Virus record (IMG/VR): IMGVR_UViG_3300033984_000473
Coordinates: 168,932-232,931 of that record
Strand: one strand, 5' to 3'
Length of the DNA: 64,000 nt
Positions 55,011 to 64,000 of the stretch are shown piece after piece; position 1 is the stretch's first letter, and every line of letters begins with the position of its first letter. The notes under the pieces are model-generated. The model made no database searches and was not told where the DNA came from. It saw only the letters and a program-made list of their open reading frames with translations. A program made the position numbers and the translations under genes.

Positions 55011-55453
55011 TATTTTCTAGGTGTTTTAGCGTTTTTAGCTTCGTCTTCAGCTTGCTTTTCAGCCGCATAAAGAGTTGTAATCGATTCATCAAGTACATTC
55101 CATACATCGTAACCGTATTTACTTAAAACACCTTTGTAAGTGTTAACATCAGTAGCTTTGAACGTTATCTTATCTTTTTCCATATCAAATGAAATACCAG
55201 CCAACGATTCTTCAGCAAGAATGATTTGTTGCTCTTTGGTTAATTGGTCGAATATTTTTTCATTCAACACAATGATGATATCATCACCAGTTCTGTATTT
55301 TAACAATTCGTTAGCTTTGTTAACCTTGTAAGGAGCTTTAGCTTTGTTGTCTGTTAAAATCGTAATGTTTACGTAATTTGATAATCCAGCTTTCTCAATC
55401 AATTCCTTGTATAAGTCTGTCGTGTCTTCAAATGGTTCTTCGTACTTTGCCAT
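55010..55453 (-). CDS. hypothetical protein (phage metallopeptidase-like fold?)
   Basis: ORF with promoter upstream. Confidence 0.65.
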   Translation of the reverse strand: MAKYEEPFEDTTDLYKELIEKAGLSNYVNITILTDNKAKAPYKVNKANELLKYRTGDDIIIVLNEKIFDQLTKEQQIILAEESLAGISFDMEKDKITFKATDVNTYKGVLSKYGYDVWNVLDESITTLYAAEKQAEDEAKNAKTPRK

Positions 55454-55524
55454 AATAGTTTTGTTTTTTTTTATTGTTATTAATTTACACAAAGATACTA
55501 TTTTGTTTGTGTAGTTGCAACTTT

Positions 55525-55773
55525 TTAAAGGAAAAATTTTATGAAGTCCTTATTTTCTTCCATCACTTCATCAATCATCGGCCTAAGTTTTTTAATGATT
55601 TTACTCCTTATAGCATCATCTTTAAAATACCAGTCATGCTTAATATCATCCCAATACCAAGTTGTAGTACGGTCTTCGGCTTTATGATGGTCCCAATTAG
55701 TTTCTGTCTTACTTTTTAACTCAACATTTTTTATTATATCAGTTAGAAAGTCTTTGAATGATTCTTTATCCAT
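55525..55773 (-). CDS. hypothetical protein
   Basis: 82-aa ORF. Confidence 0.55.
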   Translation of the reverse strand: MDKESFKDFLTDIIKNVELKSKTETNWDHHKAEDRTTTWYWDDIKHDWYFKDDAIRSKIIKKLRPMIDEVMEENKDFIKFFL

Positions 55774-56782
55774 TCATAACTTCTTTAAGGTTGATTATTG
55801 CAGCTTTTTCCTCATCGGTTAGTTTTTTAGGTATATCTAAACCTAATATGATAATCATATCACCTCTAGAATCTTTACCATACGGTTTAACGCCTTTAAA
55901 GGGTATTTTAAGGTTCGCACCCACATCACTATGCTCTGGAATACTAATTCTTATTTTACCACCCTCTATGGTCTCTATTTCGACTTTATCACCTAGAACC
56001 ATTTGTGGGTAACTTAATTTAAGGTTTAGTTTTAAATCACCACCAACACGTGTAAAAATCTTATGTGGAAGTTCCATTATTTTTATATGTAAATCACCTT
56101 CTCTTCCAGATTTAACACCATGACCTTTTCCAGTCATTACAAACACAACACCTTCTGGGACACCAGCTGGTATTTCAACTTCAACCGTTTCTGCAACGCT
56201 TTTAACACCACTACCCTTGCATGTACCACATGGTTTGGTGTATCTCTTACCAGTAGCACCACATGATTGACATGGTATTGTTTGTTGAATATGACCCATA
56301 GGTGTATTATAGATTTGATTTACCATACCCCTACCATTACATACCCCACAATCATGAACATCAGTACCACCATGACCATCACAGTCATCACAACTTACCG
56401 TTCTATTGTATTTGTATGATTTTTTTACACCTGTATAGATTTCTTCTAGTGTTAATTTAACAATTAGACTCATATTATTACCAACTCTATTGTTTTGGTT
56501 AAAACTTTGTCCAAAATGTTGGTTGAATTGGTCATACATGTCTCGCATACTACTGACACCACCTTGTGAGTGGCCAAATCTATCGTATTTTACTTTTTTA
56601 TCTGAATCAGATAGTACTTCATAGGCTTCAGAAACCTCTTTAAACTTTTCTTCAGCATCTTTATCCTCTGGATTCACATCTGGGTGTAGAGCTTTTGCTA
56701 ATTTTCTGTATGATTTCTTAATTTCATCAGTAGTAGCACCTTTTGTTACACCTAAAACCTCGTAATAATCCCTTTTACTCAT
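55766..56782 (-). CDS. dnaJ: DnaJ chaperone
   Basis: J domain HPD, four CxxCxGxG repeats, C-terminal domain. Confidence 0.95.
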   Translation of the reverse strand: MSKRDYYEVLGVTKGATTDEIKKSYRKLAKALHPDVNPEDKDAEEKFKEVSEAYEVLSDSDKKVKYDRFGHSQGGVSSMRDMYDQFNQHFGQSFNQNNRVGNNMSLIVKLTLEEIYTGVKKSYKYNRTVSCDDCDGHGGTDVHDCGVCNGRGMVNQIYNTPMGHIQQTIPCQSCGATGKRYTKPCGTCKGSGVKSVAETVEVEIPAGVPEGVVFVMTGKGHGVKSGREGDLHIKIMELPHKIFTRVGGDLKLNLKLSYPQMVLGDKVEIETIEGGKIRISIPEHSDVGANLKIPFKGVKPYGKDSRGDMIIILGLDIPKKLTDEEKAAIINLKEVMNG

Positions 56783-56840
56783 AGTTAGTATTTATTTTTA
56801 TACAAAAGTACGTAAATTAATTGAAATATACAAATTTATT

Positions 56841-57497
56841 ATGGTTTTTAGAGTGATTTTAGTTTCTAATGGGGAATATAAGAAGACATTACATAGATGT
56901 AAGAGTCGGGAAACCGCATTTATTAACTTTCATGCGTTATTGGAACAAAATAATGTAATGTACCCTAGAAAATTCATTAATTCTAAGGGTATCAAACTAG
57001 TTAAATATACAATATGTATATCTAAGGTTACAGAAGAAGGTGATACCTTTAGAACTCTTAGGGATGACTATGGTAAATTATATACCGAACAACCTCTAGG
57101 TGATTGGACCATATTGCATTCAGATGAATATCAAGTAGAAGAAACATTTTGGTTATATGGGTTAGAACCTAAAAGTGTTAGACCTACGATTACCGATGTT
57201 GTTAAAAGATTAATGATTGGTGTTCACGCTAAGAAGATGGTGAAACAAATAATAGTTGTCCATAATAAATTAGTTATTTATAATGAGGACCAATTTGATA
57301 TGGTTATTTGTAAAAACTTAGAAGATGCACAAAGGTTACACCATACCCTTGCAAAGATTGCTAAGAAGCAAAAGATTAAAAGCTTATTATTTATGGGTAC
57401 AGCAACTCCAGCTACTGTTAGTAGAATGTATGACCTTATTCATGATGAAACTGGTTGGCCATATACCAAAATAAGAAGAACAAGTACTAGACCCTAA
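56841..57497 (+). CDS. hypothetical protein
   Basis: 218-aa ORF. Confidence 0.75.
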   Translation: MVFRVILVSNGEYKKTLHRCKSRETAFINFHALLEQNNVMYPRKFINSKGIKLVKYTICISKVTEEGDTFRTLRDDYGKLYTEQPLGDWTILHSDEYQVEETFWLYGLEPKSVRPTITDVVKRLMIGVHAKKMVKQIIVVHNKLVIYNEDQFDMVICKNLEDAQRLHHTLAKIAKKQKIKSLLFMGTATPATVSRMYDLIHDETGWPYTKIRRTSTRP

Positions 57498-57516
57498 TAC
57501 TTGTTCCTTTATTGTT

Positions 57517-57720
57517 TTAGAATAAACCTTCTAGTAATACAACTAATTCAGCAATTCTTTTATCGTTACGAGCGATTATTTCTTCCATATGTTGTGGTAT
57601 GTTACCAACATGGTGAGATTTTATTTTTGAGTTTTCTCTTTGTAGTAATTCGCTTTCTCTAATGCATGCATCGTAAATAATACCTTTTTCTTCGTTACTC
57701 ATGTTCTGTGTGTTTTCCAT
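57517..57720 (-). CDS. hypothetical protein
   Basis: 67-aa ORF. Confidence 0.55.
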   Translation of the reverse strand: MENTQNMSNEEKGIIYDACIRESELLQRENSKIKSHHVGNIPQHMEEIIARNDKRIAELVVLLEGLF

Positions 57721-58180
57721 TTTTAAATCTATTTTCTATTTTTTCCAAATACTCACCAATATTGTTTTCGTTTACAGTGGTATCTCTTGTTATTTTAAAA
57801 ATTCTACGTTCAATTAAATTTTGTATTCTTACCACACCATTATGTTCTTCTGGTGAACTATTAGCATAAACGTGAATTTCATTTATTGGATATTTCTCAT
57901 CAATAAATATCGTGTAATTACCTAATAGTTTAACCGATTTAATAAATCTATGTAATGTTAAATTTTTTATTAATTTTTCGTAGAGTGATGGGTGAACACC
58001 TATCGTATCCAAATTTAAACCTTCATCGTCATAGTTAATTACTCTTGCTAAATTATCTATGATTCTTAATAAATTGTCATTCCAACTTTCTTGTGTTGAA
58101 AATAATTGGAATTCTCTTAAAGATTCTGGGGTTTCAGTCCAACCTAAATAATCCCAGTTAACCTTAAATTTACGTGCCAT
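57695..58180 (-). CDS. hypothetical protein, possible degenerate capsid C-terminal fragment
   Basis: TQESWNDNLL..IGVHP..LLGNYTIFID..P.N. Confidence 0.55.
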   Translation of the reverse strand: MARKFKVNWDYLGWTETPESLREFQLFSTQESWNDNLLRIIDNLARVINYDDEGLNLDTIGVHPSLYEKLIKNLTLHRFIKSVKLLGNYTIFIDEKYPINEIHVYANSSPEEHNGVVRIQNLIERRIFKITRDTTVNENNIGEYLEKIENRFKNGKHTEHE

Positions 58181-58182
58181 AA

Positions 58183-58530
58183 TTAATCACATTTGCATTC
58201 ACCACCTGGATTATTACCACAATCACAAGGTTTTGGGTCTAGTTCAACTTCTTCATCTTCTACTTCAATATCCATCCCAATTGCAAAGCTAGTTTTGATA
58301 TCTTCAACCATTTGATTGATTTTTACCATATCCGCTTCTGCGATAATACTTGGGTTGATACATTCTACTCTTTCTTCACCTTGTGTTGGTAAAAAGAATG
58401 CTAATGCGTTTGCATTTTTATGTGCTAGCATGTTGTTGATTGATTCAGCAAATGGCTGAATAATTTCTTTCATTTTCATCATTTCTGCATCTAAATAGAA
58501 TACGATGATTAAAGGGTAACCTTGTTCCAT
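58183..58530 (-). CDS. hypothetical protein
   Basis: 115 aa, Cys-rich tail. Confidence 0.7.
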   Translation of the reverse strand: MEQGYPLIIVFYLDAEMMKMKEIIQPFAESINNMLAHKNANALAFFLPTQGEERVECINPSIIAEADMVKINQMVEDIKTSFAIGMDIEVEDEEVELDPKPCDCGNNPGGECKCD

Positions 58531-58533
58531 AAT

Positions 58534-58857
58534 TTATTTTAAGTTAATTTGTTCGGAGTAATCGGAAAAATTTATTTCATCAATCACTTCTGTTATCATG
58601 TTTTTATTAGAGCTACGAAAATCATCACACTCGAAATGTTCAAATAATAATCTATTAACCATTTCTGATTTTGCTGATTCACCAAATACTGTGTGTGCTT
58701 CTATCATTTTACCATCAGCTAATCTGACATAAATTATGTATTCTGAAACAACTCTATCTTTGTTTATAGAGCTCATTAATCTATCGATTTCTTTTATAAC
58801 AATTCTTTTCATTCTTCTATTCTTTAAATATACTGTTAGTTTTATTTTTATAAACAA
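58534..58857 (-). CDS. hypothetical protein
   Basis: ORF track. Confidence 0.55.
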   Translation of the reverse strand: MFIKIKLTVYLKNRRMKRIVIKEIDRLMSSINKDRVVSEYIIYVRLADGKMIEAHTVFGESAKSEMVNRLLFEHFECDDFRSSNKNMITEVIDEINFSDYSEQINLK

Positions 58858-58925
58858 TAATAGACAAAATTTTTGAATGTGTAAAGTATAAAAACAAAAA
58901 AAGCCTCTAAAAGAGGCGATTTTCT

Positions 58926-59083
58926 TACTTATTTACAAGATGCGGGGGCGTTTTTTTCTTCTAACCCTGTTATGAAGCTTTCCCATTAAAAAAATTGTTA
59001 GAGGATTGGGTTCCTACAGTTGTTTAAGTTTGATTAAGTTTTTTTGTGTTTTGTTGCAGAATACACCTTTAATCAAATAAGTA
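58926..59083 (-). ncRNA. CWGCAA-family RNA (E7) directly downstream of the Ro60-like gene
   Basis: TACTTATTT..AAGGTGT-ATTCTGCAAC...GCATCTT..AAATAAGTA. Confidence 0.6.
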
Positions 59084-59123
59084 GTTAAGAAGCGAGGCAA
59101 GTTATCACCTCGCACTTAATGAT

Positions 59124-60560
59124 TTACGAAGTTACGCTAGCGTAACGTTCAGAATCGATAACACTCATCATCATAGAGTATGGAGTCATGTCTTTACCAC
59201 CTAACAAGTTAGTAAGTAAAGCTGGGCTGAATCCAGATACCAACGCAGTACCATTCTTATCGAATTGAACTGGTTTGTTGTTATCACCCCTAGATTGGAT
59301 GTTCCAATATACGACTTTAGGCATTGTGTACCCAGCTTCCGCATACATGTTTTCGAACATCTCTTGAGCCGTTGAATTCCAGTTTCCTCTTGTACCAGAG
59401 TTGAATTCCATATCGGAAAGGATAAGAACCATTGTAGGCATCTCATTCTCAGAAACGTTAGAGTCTTTAGCTTTTTTAAGAATTAACCTAAAAACTGCTT
59501 CGACATCCGTAGACATAGCCCAGTCAGCTCTCGCTAATTGGTTATATCTTTCGTTTAAGCTTCCTTTAAGGATTTGCAACGTAGGGTTGTTAGAGAAAGT
59601 AACAAAAGCATCTTGGAAAGGACCAACATTTCTTTCGGAAATGTATAACCCCAATGAAATTGCTACGTCCATACAAGTCAAGTTAGGATTACTCCCAGCT
59701 GGACAAGACATAGAACCAGAAACGTCAACCACTGGTAAAAATCTTTCAGCACTACCATCAAGATAGTTTGGCAAAGCATTCCATTGTGCGTTAGCACCTT
59801 GAACACTACCTTGTTTAAGATTTTTCACAATGTCGTATGGGTATACGGCACCAGCGTTAATTTTGGTTTCACCTTTTTCGACACTAGCCAAGTATTCTTG
59901 GAATCTAGTTAAGTCATTCTTAGAGAATGCTTTCATAAGGTCGCTCATTGCTTTTGAAGGCAATTTAGAATACTCAATTTTAGTCCATTCTTTAGAACAC
60001 ATCAATTGCTCGACAGTGTTAGAGTTTTCAACTAATAATTTTCTGTACTCTTTTGGTGATAAACCTAAATAGTTTCTTAAAGCGTTTGCTACTCTTTTAT
60101 CCTCACGGTTTGAAACGTTTGGACGTGGCATCCATTTAGCACATAGACCATTTTTAGCATTTAAAGCTTCAGCGATTAAACCGAATGCTTGTTTCTCTAA
60201 TGGTGTTCCCACTAGAACTAAAAGGTCATCCCATCTACCAAATTCTGCAATAAGGTGTAGGTTTTTAGCCAATGTTTCAGTACGATTAGCTGCAAGATAA
60301 GAGATAATATCTTTGAAGATTTGTCTCTCACCAGCACCACCTCTAACGTCACGTGCCCAGAATAATAAACGCATCGCAGTCAATGAGTTTTCAGCGAATG
60401 CTTTCGTAAACGCATTTATTAAACGTTGCTTATCTTGACCTCTCATAGCACCAATTTGGAAGAACAAGTCAACACAATGGTTTAAAGATGAAGAATTAGT
60501 TACCATACCGTTTTCGGTAAGTGAATTTTTTGTTTGCATAGCATTTAATAATGTACTCAT
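59124..60560 (-). CDS. DUF2828 / TROVE-like plus vWA protein (Ro60-like)
   Basis: TENG, ARDVRGGAGER, GRWDD, AKWMPR, vWA MIDAS DVSGSM, ILSDMEF, YWN, VSGFS. Confidence 0.85.
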   Translation of the reverse strand: MSTLLNAMQTKNSLTENGMVTNSSSLNHCVDLFFQIGAMRGQDKQRLINAFTKAFAENSLTAMRLLFWARDVRGGAGERQIFKDIISYLAANRTETLAKNLHLIAEFGRWDDLLVLVGTPLEKQAFGLIAEALNAKNGLCAKWMPRPNVSNREDKRVANALRNYLGLSPKEYRKLLVENSNTVEQLMCSKEWTKIEYSKLPSKAMSDLMKAFSKNDLTRFQEYLASVEKGETKINAGAVYPYDIVKNLKQGSVQGANAQWNALPNYLDGSAERFLPVVDVSGSMSCPAGSNPNLTCMDVAISLGLYISERNVGPFQDAFVTFSNNPTLQILKGSLNERYNQLARADWAMSTDVEAVFRLILKKAKDSNVSENEMPTMVLILSDMEFNSGTRGNWNSTAQEMFENMYAEAGYTMPKVVYWNIQSRGDNNKPVQFDKNGTALVSGFSPALLTNLLGGKDMTPYSMMMSVIDSERYASVTS

Positions 60561-60655
60561 GATTTTGAATTTAAGATTGTTAATTTAAGTGCTACAAAGG
60601 TACGAATTAATTTCCCTTGTGTCAAGTTTTTTTGTAATTATTTTTAAAGTTTTTT

Positions 60656-61174
60656 TTAAATCCTTGTAAACCAAGCTTTTACAGTGCTTGTTGTGTTCTG
60701 AATATTGTGAAATTCTACATTGGCAATAGCGGCATCAGATACAAAGTAGTAACCAACTTGACCGCTATAATGACTACCACCAAATGGTTGGAAGAAATAC
60801 AATGAAAGTGTTTTATTTGTTGACGCAACACCACTACTTAGTTGGTATGGCCTATTGGCACCATTGTTAAGTGTGTAATTTGTATTGTCAATAAATCGAA
60901 TCGTATCGTTTGGATAAGTACTAGCAAAACCACTCATTACTCTAGTTAATACCCATGTAGTTCCAACCAATTCGTTATTCGTAGGACCAGAGGTCCAGCT
61001 AGGTAAAGTACCACCGTTATTGTATTGAGCTTGCCAATTATTCACATCAGTTATTGGTGTTGTACCAGCCACGTAGTTTCCAGGTGTTTCTGGTGTACAT
61101 CCAACGAATAGGATACCAATTAAAATACTTAAAAGTGCGATGACGACATATCGTCTAAAAACATTATTTTCCAT
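60656..61174 (-). CDS. lipoprotein
   Basis: Lipobox FVGC. Confidence 0.7.
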   Translation of the reverse strand: MENNVFRRYVVIALLSILIGILFVGCTPETPGNYVAGTTPITDVNNWQAQYNNGGTLPSWTSGPTNNELVGTTWVLTRVMSGFASTYPNDTIRFIDNTNYTLNNGANRPYQLSSGVASTNKTLSLYFFQPFGGSHYSGQVGYYFVSDAAIANVEFHNIQNTTSTVKAWFTRI

Positions 61175-61179
61175 GTGAT

Positions 61180-61806
61180 TTATTTTACGAAATTTCTAAT
61201 ATATTTTGTTCTATGATATTTGTTTGGACCGATTTCTTTCAATGCAGCTATGTGGTCTGGTGTTAAATAACCTTTATTGCCAGCCCAATTGTATTCTGGG
61301 TATTTATCGTGTAACTTGGTCATGTATTCATCACGCCTAACCTTAGCAACAATAGCTGCTGCCGCTATTGATGTATATGTGTCATCACCTTTCGGTACTA
61401 ACGACATCATAATTGTGTAGTCTTTTTCTTCTGGATAGCTTTGCCATGAAATACCATCAACCAATACATGTTCTGGTTGAGTGGTTAGTTCACTTATACA
61501 CTTATACATTGTTTTAAACGTAGCTTTATCAATTCCCATTTCGTTGATATCTGTTACCGAGCCAGCATTACATGAGATAGCGATTGCGTTATCTAGTATT
61601 AGTTGATATGCTTCGTTTCGTTGTTTTTCGGATAACTTCTTAGAATCTCTAATTAACGGTGATGAAAAACCTTTTGGTAATATTACAGCAGCTGTCACAA
61701 CTGGACCAGCACCACAACCTCTACCAACTTCATCGATGCCACAAATATAATCTAAGATAGCATATTCCGCTGGTGCGTAATCAAGAATTTTTGTTTCTTT
61801 CATCAC
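61180..61806 (-). CDS. rnhB: ribonuclease HII
   Basis: GIDEVGRG, DSKKL, VDG, KGD, AAAIVAKVRRD, NKGY. Confidence 0.95.
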   Translation of the reverse strand: MMKETKILDYAPAEYAILDYICGIDEVGRGCGAGPVVTAAVILPKGFSSPLIRDSKKLSEKQRNEAYQLILDNAIAISCNAGSVTDINEMGIDKATFKTMYKCISELTTQPEHVLVDGISWQSYPEEKDYTIMMSLVPKGDDTYTSIAAAAIVAKVRRDEYMTKLHDKYPEYNWAGNKGYLTPDHIAALKEIGPNKYHRTKYIRNFVK

Positions 61807-62345
61807 TTAACTATTTTAGTTTCTTTAAATTTAAAATCATGCATATATTGTTTTTTCTCACCATCAACACCTTCACCATAAAAATAACCCTTATCATTCC
61901 ATTTAACAATCACTGCTGGTTTATGTTTTATATCATAAATTTCAGATGCTGTCATGTTTGGATAATGTTCAGAAAAAAATTTATCGCTATCATTGTAAAA
62001 AAATGAATGTGTTAAAATATCACCAACTTTAATTTCAGTACCATTGTAATCTAAAGGTTTTTTTATCCCCTCACCACCTTTGAAATAAACTTTAATTTTA
62101 TTAGCTTTCATTCTTTCAAAATAATCATATATACCCCATGCAGAGATGACTGACCATGTACCCTCTAAAATTATAAATGGTGTGTAACCGATAAGACACG
62201 ATGCGATACAAGCCATCACACCACCAAAGAAATTTAGTAGAATATATAGAATGTGGTCGTTGTCTAATTTATCCACAATGTTAAGCAAGAATGCTGCTAA
62301 CATCATAGTTACACCGATTGAGCCTATTATATCATTTGGATTCAT
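61803..62345 (-). CDS. membrane protein with soluble C-terminal domain
   Basis: Three TM helices; ATG 4 nt after TACCTTTG. Confidence 0.65.
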   Translation of the reverse strand: MNPNDIIGSIGVTMMLAAFLLNIVDKLDNDHILYILLNFFGGVMACIASCLIGYTPFIILEGTWSVISAWGIYDYFERMKANKIKVYFKGGEGIKKPLDYNGTEIKVGDILTHSFFYNDSDKFFSEHYPNMTASEIYDIKHKPAVIVKWNDKGYFYGEGVDGEKKQYMHDFKFKETKIVK

Positions 62346-62383
62346 AGGTCAAAGGTACAACAAATAATTTTAATAAACAAATA

Positions 62384-62611
62384 TTATCCAATCTTTTTTA
62401 TAAAATTGACTACGATATCCCCAATCTGCACCTCAAATTCATCTGAAGGTTCGAATTGTGTTGTAGGTGAGTTTGTTTTGTAGAAAATGGCTTCGTTCAT
62501 GTTTCTATGGTTTTCACCGTCTAAAACATAGACTAGCATCAACCCATTTTTATATATTGTATCATCATTTACAATTGATGTTACTGTACTTATTAAATCT
62601 TCGTAATTCAT
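62384..62611 (-). CDS. hypothetical protein
   Basis: 75-aa ORF. Confidence 0.6.
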   Translation of the reverse strand: MNYEDLISTVTSIVNDDTIYKNGLMLVYVLDGENHRNMNEAIFYKTNSPTTQFEPSDEFEVQIGDIVVNFIKKIG

Positions 62612-62612
62612 A

Positions 62613-62828
62613 TTAAAATTTTGTGAATATTTTACCTAAACTTATCATCAATTTTTGACCCCAAGTTTTTTTAATTATTTTAGCTTTTCCTGGGTTTTTT
62701 TTAATTTCAGCACCCAACCCAGTTTTCAACTCATTAACGAATTGTGTTTTCTTTAAAGCTGTTTTGTATTTTTCCATCAATACTTCTTTTTCAGCTAACT
62801 CTTGTTCTCGACTAACCATTTTGCTCAT
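62613..62828 (-). CDS. hypothetical protein
   Basis: 71-aa ORF. Confidence 0.6.
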   Translation of the reverse strand: MSKMVSREQELAEKEVLMEKYKTALKKTQFVNELKTGLGAEIKKNPGKAKIIKKTWGQKLMISLGKIFTKF

Positions 62829-62939
62829 AATATAATGTTTTTACTAATATAAGTATCAACAATGTCTTAGTAAATACTTTTTAGTTATTGTTTACTATTG
62901 ACAGTAAACAGTAAATAGTCTATATTTGAAATAAAAAGT

Positions 62940-63281
62940 ATGATAACATTGATTTTTATTCTAATTTGTTACGGAGCTTGTAACAATATGATTTATGGTT
63001 CCCTTTTTCAAGGTTTCAGAGCCATGTTAGCTAAGTCTGGTACTGGGCCTTACAGTATTCACAAATTATTTAATTGTTTTATGTGCTTAGGCACTTGGAT
63101 GGGATTTGCTATTTCAGCGATTCTGTTTTATTTCGGATATCAAAATTTAACACCAATGGGTTCATTGGGTGTTACAAACGTATATCTTATGGTTTTCTTA
63201 AACGGGTTGGTTTCTACAGCTGGTGTATGGTTGATACACACTGCACAGGAAGCCTTAGAAAGAGCTTTTACCCAAAAGTAA
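62940..63281 (+). CDS. membrane protein (DUF1360-like)
   Basis: CFMCLGTW motif between TM helices. Confidence 0.65.
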   Translation: MITLIFILICYGACNNMIYGSLFQGFRAMLAKSGTGPYSIHKLFNCFMCLGTWMGFAISAILFYFGYQNLTPMGSLGVTNVYLMVFLNGLVSTAGVWLIHTAQEALERAFTQK

Positions 63282-63331
63282 TCTACTAACCCACATTAAA
63301 TAAAAAAAGGCCTTAAATGGCCTTTTTTTAT

Positions 63332-64000
63332 TTAATATCCTTTTGAGTCTATGCACTTGTCACAAGCATCATTAGGTCCGCAATCACAATCGGTATAGTA
63401 TTCTGGTTCTGCGTTTGCCATTTCAACTTTACGTTTAGGGGGTAATTCTACCTTGTTTGGTTTTTTGGTAGGTGATGATGTTGGGTTACGTTTCTTGTTT
63501 TCTAGTATTCTTCTGTTGCGTTCAGCTCTAGCGTCTTCTTCGGCTAATTCTCGTTCCTCGTCTGTCATTTCAATTGGATTACGATTTTCATCTAAAAACG
63601 CTACTGTTTGTGGAACAGGTATTGGTTCAATTACTTCTTCTTCAAAAGCTTCTTCAGTATAAACAGGTAAAGGTGATATTTCATCTTCAATATCCATATC
63701 AAAATCATTTAAACTTGGTACAAGGTCTTCACCAGTAAAGGTAAATTTTAGTCTTTGTAGTTTAGCTAAATCTGTTTTCTTGAATAGGGCTTTTAATTCA
63801 TCAAATTTAGCACGTAATAAATCGTGTTTCTTTTCTCGTTCTAAATTGATTTGAATCACCTTACCTACATATCCTAGTAGTTCATCTAAACCAATCTTAG
63901 GGTTTTCACTGAATATCATATGGTAATTTAACGATTCATCGCCTTTTACCTTTTTAATATTAGCATCTTCTGGAACTGTCCAACCTTCTTTGAATACAGC
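63332..64000 (-). CDS. hypothetical protein, 5' end outside the window
   Basis: Frame open to the window edge; C-terminal CDC..CDKC. Confidence 0.7.
   Translation of the reverse strand, partial: AVFKEGWTVPEDANIKKVKGDESLNYHMIFSENPKIGLDELLGYVGKVIQINLEREKKHDLLRAKFDELKALFKKTDLAKLQRLKFTFTGEDLVPSLNDFDMDIEDEISPLPVYTEEAFEEEVIEPIPVPQTVAFLDENRNPIEMTDEERELAEEDARAERNRRILENKKRNPTSSPTKKPNKVELPPKRKVEMANAEPEYYTDCDCGPNDACDKCIDSKGY

Noticed and set aside
1-64000. Genome-wide amber recoding, suggested by the CUA tRNA
   Set aside because: Long genes are intact in the standard code and TAG serves as a normal stop in several genes; in-frame TAGs are confined to one locus

Overview
AT-rich, gene-dense segment of a jumbo phage genome. 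The host is probably a Bacteroidota (Flavobacterium-like) bacterium, since many minus-strand genes follow the host sigma70 -7 element TAnnTTTG; a second motif, TATTTATA, looks like a late promoter. The window is dominated by translation and RNA-rescue functions: about 28 tRNAs in arrays, a tmRNA next to ClpP, two RNA ligases, a kinase-2H fusion, a CCA-adding enzyme, a Pol-beta NTase, two Pth2-like hydrolases, a release factor and a Ro60/TROVE-like protein. It also carries a PARP, an ART, an ABC/OmpA module, homing endonucleases and a tail fibre. Three unannotated systems stand out. (1) Three tRNA arrays are each preceded by a short leader peptide and a terminator/antiterminator. The leader's codon block matches the amino acids of the downstream tRNAs (F/D/A/E; V/L/C; I/N/H/M/S/W/R), suggesting ribosome-mediated attenuation that senses tRNA loss. 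(2) An amber-gated module: an RF1-type gene split by a CUU-UAG +1 frameshift site, a CUA-anticodon tRNA, a Pth2-like gene with UAG at codon 3, and an MM*ILRAPP mini-ORF. (3) A family of at least 7 small RNAs sharing a helix+CWGCAA motif, including circularly permuted tRNA mimics, with one copy directly downstream of the Ro60-like gene. All calls come from reading the sequence by eye; no searches were run.
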